DNA of 64,000 nucleotides from Diplonema japonicum (Eukaryota; Protista; Euglenozoa: Diplonemea), in NCBI GenBank assembly GCA_964019335.1, contig OZ025706.1, forward strand, positions 124,001-188,000. Direction: 5' to 3'. Shown one piece after another: positions 11,770 to 22,254 of the stretch (its first letter is position 1; every line of letters starts with the position of its first letter). The position numbers were made by a program, and so were the translations under genes. Below the pieces are notes generated by a model that did not search any database, was not told the DNA's origin, and saw nothing but the letters and a program-made list of their open reading frames with translations.

Positions 11770-13572
11770 CTACAACACCTGTGACTCTGAGGTGTCTGGC
11801 TTGGTGTATTCAAAGTCGTTCATTTGTTCCTCTTGGATGACGCACTCCTGAAAGGTGGGCTGTGATTCAGGGGCTTGGGACCTGTAAACAATGCCTGCGA
11901 CCCCTCCGCAGATGGCGAGGCCCCCGAGGGTGCCGACGAGAGCCCAGAGCCAGGTGAGGTCTGTGTCGTCGCTGCTGCTGTTGTCGGAGACCTCGGTGGG
12001 CTTCCCTGCGGCCAGGTCCACCACGAGGGAGTCCTGCGAGCCGTCCTTCAGGACCCCCTTCCCTCCTGCCGCCTTCACCATCTCGCTATCGATGTCCTTC
12101 ACGATGGTGTCGACGGTGGCCCCGTTCTTCCCCGTCACGTCGTACTGCGCCTCCACCTCCCCCTGCGCCCCTTGCAGGAACACCGCCACACGCGAGGCCG
12201 CCGTACCCCCCAGCACCCCCGCGTCAGACAGCTCCTCCACGTTCAGCGCCGTGTTCCACTCCCTCGGGATCGGAACCTCCTTCCCCCCGGCCCTCTTCTC
12301 CTTCAGCATCGTCACGATCAGGCTCTGCGGCTCCTTCCTCAACGCCGCAGAGGTCTTCAGCATGGCCCTCCTGAACCTCCTCAAGAAGTTCTTCGGGTTC
12401 GACAGCAGATCCTCCACAACAGTCCTCAGCGACACCTTGAAGGACCTCGTCTTGTACCCCTGCTTTTTCTCTGCCTCCTTCGCTGCCTTGTCCTGTTTTA
12501 CCTTCTCCTCGATCACCGCCGCGTCGCACAGCCCAGTCGCCTGGCAGCATGTCCCCTTTTCCGTCGCTGACAGCTCAGCACGCGTGCAGTTCATCATGTC
12601 CAGAGTCGTGCACTCGGCACCACCGTCACGCACAACGCATGCTGTGCCGGGTGTCGCACACCTCACGCCCTCGCACAGGTCACTCGCGTTCTGCGGGTGA
12701 GGCGGCTTCATGCACTTGCTGGCGGTACCCGTTGCATCGCTGAGGCACCTCGTGCCGTTCGGGCACATGCCGTGCACTTTGTTGGGCATCAGACACACTT
12801 CTCCTTCTTGCAGCCAATTCGGGACGCACTCATCAGAGACGGCAGAAGAGTTGCACTTGTAACCAGGCATACATGAGCACGAGGGGGTGGTCCCGTTGAC
12901 AGGGACGCAGTTGCCCATCATGCACTCCTCGTCATCTTGACAGGTCACGCCTGCACAGCCCGTCGTAGCATTGCTGCCGTTGTTGCCATCAGGAGGGACA
13001 GGGACGCTGCCATTCGTGTTGCCACCAGGGACAGGGACACTGCTATTCGTGGTGTTGCTACCAGGAGGGACAGGGACGTCGCGGGAGCATATGTACATGC
13101 CTTGGCTGTCTGCCGTGCACGAGGTGTTGGCAATGCAGACGCCAAGGGGCTGCGAGCTGTTCATGCACTCGTCTCCGATGCCAAGAAGGTCGACACACAT
13201 AGTGGTGCCAGGGGAGCAGGCCTGGTCGGGAGGGCACTGACAGCCCTGGGAGGGGATGAGTGTGCAGGTGAAGTTGCCAGCAGCCTGCGGGTCCTCAGTA
13301 CAAGTGGTGCCCTGGACGCATGTGTCATTAACTGTGCAGGCCTCGCCCTCGAGGACATACGGTGTGCACACACGCTGCACAGGGTCGCAGGTGCTGCCGT
13401 CCGCGCACACGCCCATCGACATGTTGTTTGGGTTCAAACAGTCGCTCCCCACTTGCAGCACGTCAGCACATCTAGGCGGCACAGTCGCATTGTTGCACAC
13501 CATCGGCAGCGTGCACGGTGATTGGCATTGCGAGAGGACCACAGCCCCTACAGCTGAGAGAAGCGACAGCAT
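11770..13572 (-). CDS. Type I membrane surface protein A: signal peptide, Cys-rich repeats, shared juxtamembrane module, TM, short tail
   Basis: MLSLLSAVGAVVLS signal (start 13572); many small Cys-rich modules; three degenerate VPVP..NxTNxS units; EKGTCCQATGLC; [27 protein letters not shown]. Confidence 0.85.
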   Translation of the reverse strand: MLSLLSAVGAVVLSQCQSPCTLPMVCNNATVPPRCADVLQVGSDCLNPNNMSMGVCADGSTCDPVQRVCTPYVLEGEACTVNDTCVQGTTCTEDPQAAGNFTCTLIPSQGCQCPPDQACSPGTTMCVDLLGIGDECMNSSQPLGVCIANTSCTADSQGMYICSRDVPVPPGSNTTNSSVPVPGGNTNGSVPVPPDGNNGSNATTGCAGVTCQDDEECMMGNCVPVNGTTPSCSCMPGYKCNSSAVSDECVPNWLQEGEVCLMPNKVHGMCPNGTRCLSDATGTASKCMKPPHPQNASDLCEGVRCATPGTACVVRDGGAECTTLDMMNCTRAELSATEKGTCCQATGLCDAAVIEEKVKQDKAAKEAEKKQGYKTRSFKVSLRTVVEDLLSNPKNFLRRFRRAMLKTSAALRKEPQSLIVTMLKEKRAGGKEVPIPREWNTALNVEELSDAGVLGGTAASRVAVFLQGAQGEVEAQYDVTGKNGATVDTIVKDIDSEMVKAAGGKGVLKDGSQDSLVVDLAAGKPTEVSDNSSSDDTDLTWLWALVGTLGGLAICGGVAGIVYRSQAPESQPTFQECVIQEEQMNDFEYTKPDTSESQVL

Positions 13573-14345
13573 CGTGATGAATATGGAACCTAAGTGAGAG
13601 TCGTCTATCTGGAGAAAGAGCAGCTTCAATAGCGGAGACTCGCCTTCTTGCAAAGGGAGAGCTTATTTGAAGAAAAGAGTGAGATAGGAAGGAAACAGGG
13701 GAGAGGGAGGGAAGGAAACAAATCGAACAACAGCAAAAGTGCAGAAGACAAAAAAAAAGGGGGTTTTTTTAAAAAAGCCGTGAGGGCTAGGCACTCGGCG
13801 TGTTGTAAACCCAACACTTTTTCGTCCACTCTCATTGCTCATCGAGAAGGCAAGAGAAGTGCACTGCCACTTTGACTCGCTTTAAGGGGAGGTGCCGTCG
13901 CACACCTGAGACAAAGGCCCAAAGACCTTATCGTCCTGCTGCCCCAGTAAACAAAAAGTTAAAACACCAAACAAGTGTATGCGCAGGTCGAGCGTTGGTT
14001 CGGCTGTCATGTTAAAACGTCGACAGATAAGAGATAAAAAGCTACCTTTCCAACAAGAAAGGTAATAAAGAGGGAGAAAACGGTGAGTGAGAAAAAACAT
14101 GACGTGACACATGGTACGTTGGGTTACAAAGCACACAATATGGGTACACATTGAGAGAGAGAAAATAATTGCGGTCGTAAAAGACGAGAGTTTGCCCGAC
14201 ACAATTATACGAGAGAAACAAAAGAATTATGAGGAAACTTGCGTGAAGTCCCTCTTGAGCAGCATAAAAAAAAGGGGTTTTTTTTCTATTTGTTTGTTTT
14301 CAATAAAGAGAGAATCAGATTTGTTTGTTTTCTAAGAGACGAGAA

Positions 14346-15113
14346 TCAGACCTCCTTTGCGGGCATGTGCCCGACAGCACCTTCCTGTTGAGGTTTCTGC
14401 GGGTAAAAGATGTACTGTGGCGGGGCAACATTGACAATAGCCTCGGTAACAGTGCCGTAAACGGGTTTCTGCCCCGCCTCCCCAGAAATGGTCTGCCTGG
14501 CACCGCAGTTGCAGTTGCAGCTGCAACAGTCGAAGGAGGAAGAACAGCATCTGGGAAAGGAACGCATGGACATGAGTGCGATGGTTGCTTGGAGGGCGCT
14601 GGCGGCGACGATGCAGCCGAAGGACCAGTACAGATCGAAGCCGTCGGAGAGGCGGACGAAGGAGGCCTCGTTGTTATGGGGAGGAATGTTGAAGTAGCAG
14701 GTCACCTTGCGTGTGTAGAGGGTCGCCATCAGGATCCATGTCACCCCAGCGAAGAGAGCCCCGCAGACGTGTGCCCACATCGTCACCCGCCTGTGCTCCT
14801 GCTCCTTCTGCTTCATCTCCGACACACTCGCCACCATCGCCACTGTCAGAGGAAGCATCGCAAGGCACGCAAACACCTGAAGAACGTCTAACTGCACCAC
14901 AATGCTGTCGCTGTAGCAGAGGCTCCCAGGAACCCAGGCAGTCATCAACAAGGCCTTCAGCCCCGACTTGCAGGCAGGGTCCGCAGTGAAGATCCCCATG
15001 TTGCAGTGGTCAGGAAGGCGCTTGGAGCTCAGGTACCCATGCTGCAGGATCGAAGCGAAGTACATCGCCCACGACAGGAGCGACAGGCAGGCGAGGAACT
15101 GGGTCTTGGCCAT
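14346..15113 (-). CDS. Four-TM amastin/claudin-like membrane protein (divergent member, Cys-rich tail)
   Basis: Four hydrophobic segments; loop-1 CxMGIF..C motif; FDLYWSFG before TM4; clear homology to genes at 35-40 kb; tail CCSSSFDCCSCNCNC. Confidence 0.8.
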   Translation of the reverse strand: MAKTQFLACLSLLSWAMYFASILQHGYLSSKRLPDHCNMGIFTADPACKSGLKALLMTAWVPGSLCYSDSIVVQLDVLQVFACLAMLPLTVAMVASVSEMKQKEQEHRRVTMWAHVCGALFAGVTWILMATLYTRKVTCYFNIPPHNNEASFVRLSDGFDLYWSFGCIVAASALQATIALMSMRSFPRCCSSSFDCCSCNCNCGARQTISGEAGQKPVYGTVTEAIVNVAPPQYIFYPQKPQQEGAVGHMPAKEV

Positions 15114-16122
15114 TTTTTTTGTTTTGTTTTTCTTGTTTTTTTCTTTTGTTTTTGAAAGACGATGAACCTTTGAATATTGGTGAGATGGGATAGATTGGAA
15201 TATCTATAAAAAAGGAATAAAAGATTCTTGGCCATGAATGCACACAGACCAAAGCGAAAAAAAAAAAAAAAAAAAAAAAAAATAAAGCAATAAATACACA
15301 AAAAAGGAGAGCGAGATCGGAGAGAGGTGGTTTTGTATGAAGTTCATTGAAAAAAAAAAAAAAATAGGAAAATAAAAAAAAATGAAAATGAATTCACTGC
15401 TGTGATGGGAGAGTGCTGGCAGCCACCATCAAGCAAGTATGCTACAACGATAGGTGCTTGGTGAAGAACAGCACCGTTCTCTCAGACCACGTGTTCTAGG
15501 TAGTAGTAAGAGGTACTAAAGGGAAGTGGGTGGGAAGCAATAGAAAATAAAGGGGTGGGTATTTCCTGAGAATGGCCACAACATTAATGCGGGGATGGCT
15601 TGCCATCAAAAGGCCGTAGACCTTATGTGCCTAGTTGCCTACTTTGTTGATAATCGCATTATTTGTTTCGATGGCTGCCACCCATTTTCTTTTCTTCTTT
15701 TATCCCTTCAATCGTTTCCCTACATCAATCGTAAGCACTACCCTTTTTTTTTTTTTTTTTTTTTTTTAAAGATTTGAAGAAAAGAATGGGAAATCTTCTT
15801 CTTTGTTCTTCTTTTTTTCTTCTTCCAAGATAAAGTTTCCAACATGTTGCTGTTGAACGCTTGGCATTGGTTTGTAAAACAAAAACAAAAAAACGAAAAA
15901 ACAAAGCAAAAAAAAAAAAAAAAGACGAATGTAACAAGAGAAAAACTATTCTTTTTTAATTGTAAATGGTGGAAAAGCCCCGCCTTGTTTCGAACAGAAA
16001 GAACCGGCAGTCGTTTGCGTGCCGTGCCGGGTAAAACCTGGAGAAGTTTGTAAACCCGAAACGTTGCCAATGATTTTCCTTTTGTTTCAACAAGGCCAAT
16101 GACTCGTTCTTGCAAAATAATA

Positions 16123-16235
16123 CTCAAAGTGCAGGACAAACCCCCTCATGGAGGGCCGCCCGCCCTTGGGTGGGTTGGGGGGGGGGGGGGGGGCTATCTA
16201 TTTATACTCCCCTTCTGGAGCATTGCTTTCGTCCC
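16123..16235 (-). mobile_element. Short 3' tip of the LINE family seen at 37354-38665
   Basis: CTCAAAGTGCAGGACAAACCCC..GAGGGCCGCCC..TACTCCCCTTCTGGAGCATTGCTTTC matches 37354-37450; absent from the duplicated segment near 21.9 kb. Confidence 0.75.
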
Positions 16236-16521
16236 AAATAAAATAAATTTTAAAAAAAGAGAAATGAGAGATTTTGATGAAAAAGGAGGAGAGGAAGGGG
16301 GAGTTGAAAACACAGATTTTCAGGTTTTCTTTTGTTCTGTCGAAATCGAACTCAGTTTTTCAGAATCTGAGTGTTCTTGTTTTTTTATTTCTTTTCTTTT
16401 TTTTTTCTTTTTCTTTGTGAAACAAATTAACCTCTCACAAATGTCTGTTTAAAAATAGATAAAAAAAAAAAAATATGTTTTATATAATTTGTTCATTAAG
16501 TTCTCATTTTCGAGCGACGTG

Positions 16522-19500
16522 CTAGACGCTCATCGTGTTTTCATGCTTGTAGGTGTACTCCCCCTCAGTGTCCTTCACTGCAAGCTCCTCAAAGGTCTGG
16601 TGGCAATCTTCTGCGGTCTTTTGCTTGTTGTAGGTAACTGCTGCGACCCCTCCGCAGATGGCGAGGCCCCCGAGGGTGCCGACGAGAGCCCAGAGCCAGG
16701 TGAGGTCTGTGTCGTCGCTGCTGCTGTTGTCGGAGACCTCGGTGGGCTTCCCTGCGGCCAGGTCCACCACGAGGGAGTCCTGCGAGCCGTCCTTCAGGAC
16801 CCCCTTCCCTCCTGCCGCCTTCACCATCTCGCTATCGATGTCCTTCACGATGGTGTCGACGGTGGCCCCGTTCTTCCCCGTCACGTCGTACTGCGCCTCC
16901 ACCTCCCCCTGCGCCCCTTGCAGGAACACCGCCACACGCGAGGCCGCCGTACCCCCCAGCACCCCCGCGTCAGACAGCTCCTCCACGTTCAGCGCCGTGT
17001 TCCACTCCCTCGGGATCGGAACCTCCTTCCCCCCGGCCCTCTTCTCCTTCAGCATCGTCACGATCAGGCTCTGCGGCTCCTTCCTCAACGCCGCAGAGGT
17101 CTTCAGCATGGCCCTCCTGAACCTCCTCAAGAAGTTCTTCGGGTTCGACAGCAGATCCTCCGCAACAGTCCTCAGCGACACCTTGAAGGACCTCGTCTTG
17201 TACTCTGGCACAGATGGGACAGTACCATTGGTGCCGTTGCCAGGGACAGGTACAGGGACACTCCCGTTGGTACCATTGCCACCCGGGACAGGGATAGGGG
17301 AGCTCCCGTTGGTGCCGTTGCTGGGGACAGGAACAGGGACACTCCCGTTGGTACCGTTGCTGGGAACTGGTGCGGGGACGCTGCCGTTGGTACCGTTGCT
17401 CGGAACAGGGACAGGAACACTCCCGTTGGTACCGTTGCTGGGGACAGGAACAGGGACACTCCCGTTGGTGCCGTTGCTGGGAACTGGTGCGGGGACGCTG
17501 CCGTTGGTACCGTTGCTGGGGACAGGAACAGGGACACTCCCGTTGGTACCGTTGCTGGGAACTGGTGCGGGGACGCTGCCGTTGGTGCCGTTGCTCGGAA
17601 CAGGGACAGGAACACTCCCGTTGGTACCGTTGCTGGGGACAGGAACAGGGACACTCCCGTTGGTGCCGTTGCTGGGGACAGGAACGCTTCCGTTGGTGCC
17701 GTTGCTGGGGACGGGAACAGGGACACTCCCGTTGGTGCCGTTACTCGGAACAGGGACAGGAACGCTGCCGTTGGTGCCGTTGCTGGGAACTGGTGCGGGG
17801 ACGCTGCCGTTGGTGCCGTTGCTCGGGACAGGGACAGGAACACTCCCGTTGGTGCCGTTGCTGGGGACAGGAACAGGGACGGGAGCGCTTCCGTTGGTAC
17901 CGTTGCTCGGAACAGGGACAGGAACACTCCCGTTGGTACCGTTGCTGGGGACAGGAACAGGGACACTCCCGTTGGTGCCGTTGCTGGGGACAGGAACAGG
18001 GACAGGAACGCTTCCGTTGGTGCCGTTGCTGGGGACGGGAACAGGGACACTCCCGTTGGTGCCGTTGCTCGGAACAGGGACAGGAACGCTGCCGTTGGTG
18101 CCGTTGCTGGGAACTGGTGCGGGGACGCTGCCGTTGGTACCGTTGCTCGGGACAGGGACAGGAACACTCCCGTTGGTGCCGTTGCTGGGGACAGGAACAG
18201 GGACGGGAGCGCTTCCGTTGGTACCGTTGCTCGGAACAGGGACAGGAACACTCCCGTTGGTGCCGTTGCTGGGGACAGGAACAGGGACACTCCCGTTGGT
18301 GCCGTTACTCGGGACGGGAACAGGAACACTCCCGTTGGTGCCGTTGCTCGGGACAGGGACGGGAGCGCTTCCGTTGGTACCGTTGCTCGGAACAGGGACG
18401 GGAACACTCCCGTTGGTACCGTTGCTGGGAACTGGTGCGGGGACGCTGCCGTTGGTACCGTTGCTCGGAACAGGGACAGGAACACTCCCGTTGGTACCGT
18501 TGCTGGGGACAGGAACAGGGACACTCCCGTTGGTGCCGTTGCTGGGAACTGGTGCGGGGACGCTGCCGTTGGTACCGTTGCTGGGGACAGGAACAGGGAC
18601 ACTCCCGTTGGTACCGTTGCTGGGAACTGGTGCGGGGACGCTGCCGTTGGTGCCGTTGCTCGGAACAGGGACAGGAACACTCCCGTTGGTACCGTTGCTG
18701 GGGACAGGAACAGGGACACTCCCGTTGGTGCCGTTGCTGGGGACAGGAACAGGGACAGGAACGCTTCCGTTGGTGCCGTTGCTGGGGACGGGAACAGGGA
18801 CACTCCCGTTGGTGCCGTTGCTCGGAACAGGGACAGGAACGCTGCCGTTGGTGCCGTTGCTGGGAACTGGTGCGGGGACGCTGCCGTTGGTACCGTTGCT
18901 CGGGACAGGGACAGGAACACTCCCGTTGGTGCCGTTGCTGGGGACAGGAACAGGGACGGGAGCGCTTCCGTTGGTACCGTTGCTCGGAACAGGGACAGGA
19001 ACACTCCCGTTGGTGCCGTTGCTGGGGACAGGAACAGGGACACTCCCGTTGGTGCCGTTACTCGGGACGGGAACAGGAACACTCCCGTTGGTGCCGTTGC
19101 TCGGGACAGGGACGGGAGCGCTTCCGTTGGTACCGTTGCTCGGAACAGGGACGGGAACACTCCCGTTGGTACCGTTGCTGGGAACTGGTGCGGGGACGCT
19201 GCCGTTGGTGCCGTTACTCGGGACAGGGACAGGAACGCTCCCATTGGTGCCGTTGCTCGGGACAGGGACAGGAACGCTTCCATTGGTACCGTTGCTCGGA
19301 ACAGGGACAGGAACGCTGCCGTTGGTGCCGTTGCTGGGAACTGGTGCGGGGACGCTGCCGTTGGTACCGTTGCTCGGGACAGGTACAGGGACGCTGCCGT
19401 TGGTGCCGTTACTCGGGACAGGGACAGGAACACTCCCATTGGTGCCGTTGCTGGGGACAGGGACGGGGGCAGGAACGCTTCCGTTGGTACCGTTGCTGGG

Positions 19501-20223
19501 GACAGGTACTGGGACACTCCCGTTTGTGCCGTTGCTGGGAACAGGTACAGGGACACTCCCGTTGGTACCGTTGCTCGGAACAGGGACAGGAACATTCCCG
19601 TTGGTGCCGTTGCTGGGGACAGGGACAGGAACGCTTCCGTTGGTGCCGTTGCTGGGGACGGGAACAGGGACACTCCCGTTTGTGCCGTTACTCGGGACAG
19701 GGACAGGAACGCTTCCGTTGGTGCCGTTACCACTAGGAACAGGGACAGGAACACTCCCGTTGGTGCCATTGCTGGGAACGGGTACAGGGACACTCCCGTT
19801 GGTGCCGTTGCTGGGAACAGGTACAGGAACGCTTCCATTGGTGCCGTTGCCACTAGGAACAGGGACAGGAACACTTCCGTTGGTACCGTTGCTGGGAACA
19901 GGTACAGGAACACTCCCGTTGGTGCCGTTACTCGGTACAGGAACAGGAACACTTCCATTGGTGCCGTTGCTGGGGACAGGAACAGGGACACTCCCGTTGG
20001 TACCGTTGCTGGGTACTGGTGCGGGGACGCTGCCGTTGGTGCCGTTGCTCGGAACAGGGACAGGAACACTCCCGTTGGTGCCATTGCCGCTCGGTACAGG
20101 GACAGGTACAGGGAGGGTTCCATTGGTGCCATAGCCTTGAGAGACAAGGACACTTCCATTTGTACCGCTGGTTATAACATCTGAGAGGGCCACAACCCCC
20201 AAGATTGAAAGAAAGGAAAGCAT
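16522..20223 (-). CDS. Type I membrane glycoprotein B, 1233 aa, with roughly 75 [13 protein letters not shown] repeats
   Basis: Signal peptide [14 protein letters not shown], 39-bp repeat array, C-terminal module and TM shared with gene A. Confidence 0.88.
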   Translation of the reverse strand: MLSFLSILGVVALSDVITSGTNGSVLVSQGYGTNGTLPVPVPVPSGNGTNGSVPVPVPSNGTNGSVPAPVPSNGTNGSVPVPVPSNGTNGSVPVPVPSNGTNGSVPVPVPSNGTNGSVPVPVPSGNGTNGSVPVPVPSNGTNGSVPVPVPSNGTNGSVPVPVPSGNGTNGSVPVPVPSNGTNGSVPVPVPSNGTNGSVPVPVPSNGTNGNVPVPVPSNGTNGSVPVPVPSNGTNGSVPVPVPSNGTNGSVPAPVPVPSNGTNGSVPVPVPSNGTNGSVPVPVPSNGTNGSVPAPVPSNGTNGSVPVPVPSNGTNGSVPVPVPSNGTNGSVPVPVPSNGTNGSVPAPVPSNGTNGSVPVPVPSNGTNGSAPVPVPSNGTNGSVPVPVPSNGTNGSVPVPVPSNGTNGSVPVPVPSNGTNGSAPVPVPVPSNGTNGSVPVPVPSNGTNGSVPAPVPSNGTNGSVPVPVPSNGTNGSVPVPVPSNGTNGSVPVPVPVPSNGTNGSVPVPVPSNGTNGSVPVPVPSNGTNGSVPAPVPSNGTNGSVPVPVPSNGTNGSVPAPVPSNGTNGSVPVPVPSNGTNGSVPVPVPSNGTNGSVPAPVPSNGTNGSVPVPVPSNGTNGSAPVPVPSNGTNGSVPVPVPSNGTNGSVPVPVPSNGTNGSVPVPVPSNGTNGSAPVPVPVPSNGTNGSVPVPVPSNGTNGSVPAPVPSNGTNGSVPVPVPSNGTNGSVPVPVPSNGTNGSVPVPVPVPSNGTNGSVPVPVPSNGTNGSVPVPVPSNGTNGSAPVPVPVPSNGTNGSVPVPVPSNGTNGSVPAPVPSNGTNGSVPVPVPSNGTNGSVPVPVPSNGTNGSVPVPSNGTNGSVPVPVPSNGTNGSVPVPVPSNGTNGSVPAPVPSNGTNGSVPVPVPSNGTNGSVPAPVPSNGTNGSVPVPVPSNGTNGSVPVPVPSNGTNGSVPAPVPSNGTNGSVPVPVPSNGTNGSSPIPVPGGNGTNGSVPVPVPGNGTNGTVPSVPEYKTRSFKVSLRTVAEDLLSNPKNFLRRFRRAMLKTSAALRKEPQSLIVTMLKEKRAGGKEVPIPREWNTALNVEELSDAGVLGGTAASRVAVFLQGAQGEVEAQYDVTGKNGATVDTIVKDIDSEMVKAAGGKGVLKDGSQDSLVVDLAAGKPTEVSDNSSSDDTDLTWLWALVGTLGGLAICGGVAAVTYNKQKTAEDCHQTFEELAVKDTEGEYTYKHENTMSV
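17204..20170. repeat. Coding 39-bp minisatellite with 33/42/45-bp variants and a higher-order duplication (~1.07 kb offset)
   Basis: Unit CCGTTGGTRCCGTTGCTSGGRACAGGRACAGGRACACTC; the variant order starting at ~17356 recurs at ~18421. Confidence 0.9.
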
Positions 20224-20826
20224 GTCTGTTGGTGTAGAGCCTGTGGTGCGTTGGAACTAGAAAGGAGAGGAAATAACCTTAAAAAAAGCGTGCGGAGAGA
20301 ATCCGCCTTCTTTGGCGAGCAAGAGAGAAGGAAGACTGAATAAAGAAACAGAAAAATAGCCCTGCAAAGCATCATTTCCCACGACGTGACGGTGTGCTGT
20401 ACTGCTCTGTTTCTTTTACCCCTCTATCCCAAAAGGGGATTGTTTGTATGTGTAAAATGTGTTACAAACTCCCACAAAAAAAAAAAAAAAAAAAAAAAAA
20501 GCAACTAACATGAAAAGTGCTGATTGAATTAAACGGGGGGTGGGGGAGAAAACATTATTCTGCGAATACGTATGCCACAGAAAAAACCGGCATCCATCAT
20601 CTTTGATGGTCTGCAGGCAGTTACGGGCTTCCCTCGCTGCATATGAGCAACATTCCCATTTGGGCTGTTTTGAGTATCCTATCATCTTCCGTCTGTGCCT
20701 GGTCGGGGGGTACAGGTGGCTTGCTGGCGGCACCTATCGAAACGAATACTGCAGGGCATGATGTGCTTCGGGATGTAGAGCATTCCTAGTGTCGTCGTTG
20801 TGTTCTGGGTATTCACATGCAGTCGG

Positions 20827-20904
20827 TCACCTCCCTTCCCAGTGTTCGAAGTACATCACCCACGACAGGAGCGACAGGCAGGCGAGGAACTGGGCCTTGG
20901 CCAT
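20827..20904 (-). pseudogene. Truncated copy of the 14346-15113 tetraspan gene (first ~19 codons only)
   Basis: MAKAQFLACLSLLSWVMYF then unrelated sequence and a stop. Confidence 0.8.
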
Positions 20905-22254
20905 TTTGTATTTTCTTTTTGTTTGAAAGACGATGAACCTTTGAATATTGGTGAGACGGGATAGATTGGAACATATATATATAGGAATAAAAGATTCTTG
21001 GCCATGAATGCACACAGACCAAAAAAAAAAAAAAAAAAAAAGTAAAAGCAATAAAATGCAAACACAAAAAAAAAAAGGGAGAGCGAGATCGGAGAGAGGT
21101 GGTTTTGTATGAAGTTCATTGAAAAAAAAAAAAAAATAGGAAAATAAAAAAAAATGAAAATGAATTCACTGCTGTGATGGGAGAGTGCTGGCAGCCACCA
21201 TCAAGCAAGTATGCTACAACGATAGGTGCTTGGTGAAGAACAGCACCGTTCTCTCAGACCACGTGTTCTAGGTAGTAGTAAGAGGTACTAAAGGGAAGTG
21301 GGTGGGAAGCAATAGAAAATAAAGGGGTGGGTATTTCCTGAGAATGGCCACAACATTAATGCGGGGATGGCTTGCCATCAAAAGGCCGTAGACCTTATGT
21401 GCCTAGTTGCCTACTTTGTTGATAAGTCCGTTATCCCCCTCGCATTATTTGTTTCGATGGCTGCCACCCATTTTCTTTTCTTCTTTTATCCCTTCAATCG
21501 TTTCCCTACATCAATCGTAAGCACTACCCTTTTTTTTTTTTTTTTTTTTTTTTTAAAGATTCGAAGAAAAGAATGGGAAATCTTCTTCTTTGTTCTTCTT
21601 TTTTTCTTCTTCCAAGATAAAGTTTCCAACATGTTGCTGTTGAACGCTTGGCATTGGTTTGTAAAACAAAAACAAAACAAAAAAAAATGAATGTAACAAG
21701 AGAAAAATTAATTCACTATGATACGGTAAAATGAAATATATGAGTAAAGGAAGTCTTTGTGAGACGCCCCCTTGTTCTCATCTTCTACCTGCACCTATCC
21801 CCTTTCAGTAGCGGTTTCTCCTCCTTTGGCCCAGCCTGGCCGCTTTGAATGAATTATCAAAGCCCACAGACCATCGGGAAATTCTTGCGAGGACGGGATG
21901 GAAAACCCCCCGCCCCCTTCATCCCCCTTACTAATTTTACTTTTTCATGTAAGAAAAAAAAAAAACGAAAAAAAAAAAAAAGAGAAAAGAGAGATTTTGA
22001 GTAGGAAAAGGAGAGGAAGGGGGAAAACACAGATTTTCAGGTTTTCTTTTGTTCTGTCGAAATCGAACTCAGTTTTTCAGAATCTGAGTCCTTTTTTTTT
22101 TTTAATTTCTTTTCTTTTCTTTTTTTTTTTTCTTTTTTTCCATTTCCTTTTTTCTTTGTGAAACAAATTAACCTCTCACAAATGTCTGTTTAAAAATAAA
22201 TAAAAATATGTTTTATATAATTTGTTCATTAAGTTCTCATTTTCGAGCGACGTG